DNA of 64,000 nucleotides from Nitrospirales bacterium (GTDB lineage Bacteria; Nitrospirota; Nitrospiria; Nitrospirales; UBA8639): NCBI GenBank assembly GCA_965203295.1, contig CBDBCZ010000018.1, positions 1,280,001 to 1,344,000 of the forward strand, read 5' to 3'. Shown piece by piece: positions 61,073 to 64,000 of this stretch (position 1 is its first letter; each line of letters starts with the position of its first letter). The notes under the pieces were generated by a model. It saw only the letters and a program-made list of their open reading frames with translations, ran no database searches and was not told where the DNA came from. The position numbers and the translations under genes were made by a program.

Positions 61073-62356
61073 GAACAGCTTTTATTATTTGGGGCTATGC
61101 ATACCATTACTATGGAGGACTGCAATTGATTCCTGGAACAATTGCTGAATGCAAACTTTTTTTAAAGCACAAGTCATGTGTTATGCAGTAGCACATATAT
61201 GCATATATGCACATATATGCACATATGCACACGTAACAGTGAAAGAAAATTGCATTCAAAATGAGAAAACACGACTTTACTACGCGATCCTACAGTAGCC
61301 TACATACGTATACCCATAGGAATTACAGATGAAGGAGCAATGAGCCTCCCTTGATAGCACAAAATGACACTCTCGTCCATACCTCTGACTTTTTCTCTGC
61401 CACAACTTCACAAACAGCACCCAAAAAAAGGAGGAGAGATGCCATTTTGAACACGCCTTGCCCCCGGGGGCCAGGGGAGTGTGATTGATGGGAACGGTGT
61501 GTGTATAAACACTAGGCTAAGCTGAGATTTTGATGCCCATAGATAGCGATGATTGGCCTCGCTGCACTTGGCAATGAGCCCCTGAAATGAGGATACCTCT
61601 CTCCATACAAGACACTTTACCGGGTCCCCAAGATGTCCACATTAAAGAGGTACGTCCCACTGTACATTAATAAACACTTGTGTATTTGTGTATGGTGTTG
61701 AGCTTATATTGCTTAAAGCTTTATCTAGCGTTCATTCTCAGCATGTGCCCTTCCAATTAGACTCATTAACGACCCTCCCAAAAAAAAATCTGGGGCCATA
61801 TCTCAAATCTTGATACGTGCATGAGTGGTGAGTATTTTCAAAATTTCCAGTAGGTCACACTTTATTTTGTTTACAGTACCGAGCATGCGAACAAAACACA
61901 TTTTTGCATGTATTCCTCAAGTAGGCATGAACCCACTTGTGAATTCTGTAGTATCAACATTATTTCATGAATCAATACTTTAACGTTAGTTCAGTCCGTG
62001 TGTGCGTGTGTGCGTGTGTGCGTGTGTGCGTGTGTGCGTGTGTAATGGATGTGACGTCAACTAATGAACCTCGATTGCGCGAGAATACGCTAGAAGGTCG
62101 TGACGTCATCACACAGTACACGCGCACTTCGACCGCCGCATGTGTTGAGATCATGAGACGCTCTGACAACCGACGGGATTATTATGACGGCCTCATATGA
62201 GCACTTCGAGCACACTCTATTACAAAGGTTAGTGGCTAGATAGTCATGTAAGCATGCACACCTGTAGTAATCTGCTTAGTACGCTAGACAAACAACGACG
62301 ATGCGCATTAAATGGAATCAATGCCATTCGCCTGCATGCCATTACATGTACGTAGG

Positions 62357-62632
62357 TAGTCTCGTGCCCAGCCCCACGTTAGGAAGGTGGGTCTGGCTCC
62401 CCGTATATTCAAAGTTGGGGCAGCATTACGTCAGCGGTCCCAGATCTGGACCGGCAATGTGATTGGTTGATTATAGTATTACATCACTAAACGGTTGTAG
62501 TATCCGAATATCTACACGAATGGCCACGTGGACACTATCCGTTTGGTGACGTAATATGATGTAACGCTAACCAAACTTCGAATATACGGGGAGCCAGACC
62601 CACTTTCTAACATGGGGCTGGGCACGAGACTA
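62357..62632. mobile_element. TAGTCTCGTGCCCAGCCCC-family MITE with a 9-bp TSD
   Basis: TSD gtacgtagg at 62348-62356 and 62633-62641; long TIRs. Confidence 0.92.
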
Positions 62633-63075
62633 GTACGTAGGCTATGGTTGTGGAGAGCTAGGCTTCGGTCCTAGCTAACCTGTTTTGTTTTGTAGTTCTT
62701 TGCAGTCTCTACTTAGAGTTTGGCACTGCACCATGCTCAGGCATAGATAATATACGTATAATTATTATCTCAATCTATAGCTCAGTCAGGAACATGTCAG
62801 CTACACTATAGTCTACTGTCACATGATAGATGCTCAACAAAGTGCTTTGGCTGTTGAAAGAACGTTGTGTGCACACATGCTATGCACTTTTCCCCACTGG
62901 TGGTCAATTTTCAGCACAAAAGTTGAGGCCTGAATGTAGAGCCTCCACATGGCTAAGTCAGCGGCACTACTGTCATTGGCAGATGCTAAATGTTCCATAA
63001 TCACATCACATGGAGGTAGCACTTTTCCTTTCTATCCGTAGACAGAGCGAGTTAAAAAAGCGCAACTACTTGCTT

Positions 63076-63950
63076 GTTTTAATGAGTGAACAGGTGTGGT
63101 ACCTGGCAAGACAATGCCGGTGGCCTCAGAGAATATAATACTCCATCTCCTGATTTTGAGGTCAGCCATTAACAAGTCTGACATTTCATGTCTCAAAAAA
63201 CAGCCTGTATCTTTTACAGTACAATACACACAACGCAGTTTAGGCCAAGTCAACTACATTGTTTAAACCAGTGAGTTAAAACATTGTTCTAACACAGTTA
63301 AACTGTTAAATTGTTCTAACTCAGAACAGCTGAGTTAAAACATTGTTCCCAGTGATCTGTCTCGGCTTATCGCTGCCCGAAACATTGCTTGCCTCAGTCA
63401 AAAGCCCTCGGTTGCACCGTTTTAGTCGTTCTGTGCTTAACGGATGCTCGAACGGATGCCGTTTTTAATTAGTGCGTGGGCATGGAAGTCCCTTTGCGTG
63501 GGCATGTAAGTCTACCCCACGCGTACATACGTTACGGCACGTGATAAGTGGTACCAGGCCTTCCCCCTCGCTTTTTCTCCACGGCTGCGAGATAAAAGCT
63601 GGGGTGGGAAGGACTGGGAACGAGGCTATAAGATATGCACATTTTTAGAAATATATTCCAAGTAGGCATGAACCCACTGGTGAATTCTGTAGTATCAACA
63701 TTTCATGAATATGTTTTAATGAGTGAACAGGTGTGGTACCTTGGTGTGGTGGCAAGACAATGCTGGTGGCCTCAAGACTGTGAATATGCTAACTACTTCA
63801 TCACCTGATTTTGAGGTCAGCCATTAAGTTAACAAGTCTGACATTTCATGTCTCAAAAAACAGCCTGTATCTTTTACAGTACAATACACACAACCCAGTT
63901 CATGCCAAGACAACTACATTGTTTGAACAGCTGAGTTTAAACATTGTTCC
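63076..63950. repeat. Local duplication (63076-63285 vs 63714-63950; 61895-61970 vs 63638-63710)
   Basis: Shared text ttttaatgagtgaacaggtgtggtacc..aacaagtctgacatttcatgtctcaaaaaacagcctg and gtaggcatgaacccact..gtatcaaca. Confidence 0.85.
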
Positions 63951-64000
63951 CACAGCAGAGCTAAACTTTTCAAGGTTACCGTACGTTAGGACCAGACAGG

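Overview
Eukaryotic (animal) genomic DNA, most likely a demosponge. This is an inference from the short GT-AG introns, the death-fold/Kelch gene architecture and the repeat landscape; there is no prokaryotic operon structure. 0-10 kb: a multi-exon innate-immunity-type gene (unknown N-terminal domain, Death domain, coiled coil, PPPVPPR repeats, CARD-like domain, and probably a terminal Kelch exon) with an in-frame TGA in the Death domain. 10.7-27.5 kb: three same-strand paralogs of a protein family I cannot name (374, 420 and 423 aa). Two are intronless, CpG-rich and cysteine-free. The third has one intron and is remodelled. All three have TATA boxes, no signal peptide, and Gly/Ser/aromatic segments reminiscent of beta-pore-forming proteins. 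This cluster is the best candidate for an undescribed system, possibly a horizontally acquired defence toxin family. The rest is transposon-dense: a deleted hAT element with TIRs and TSD, many MITE families (9-bp, 8-bp, TA and TTAA TSDs), LINE fragments, a dispersed tRNA-Thr-like repeat, four palindromic elements sharing a GA/GA-mismatch hairpin design, a MITE-derived 55-bp satellite and a two-cassette 125-bp satellite.
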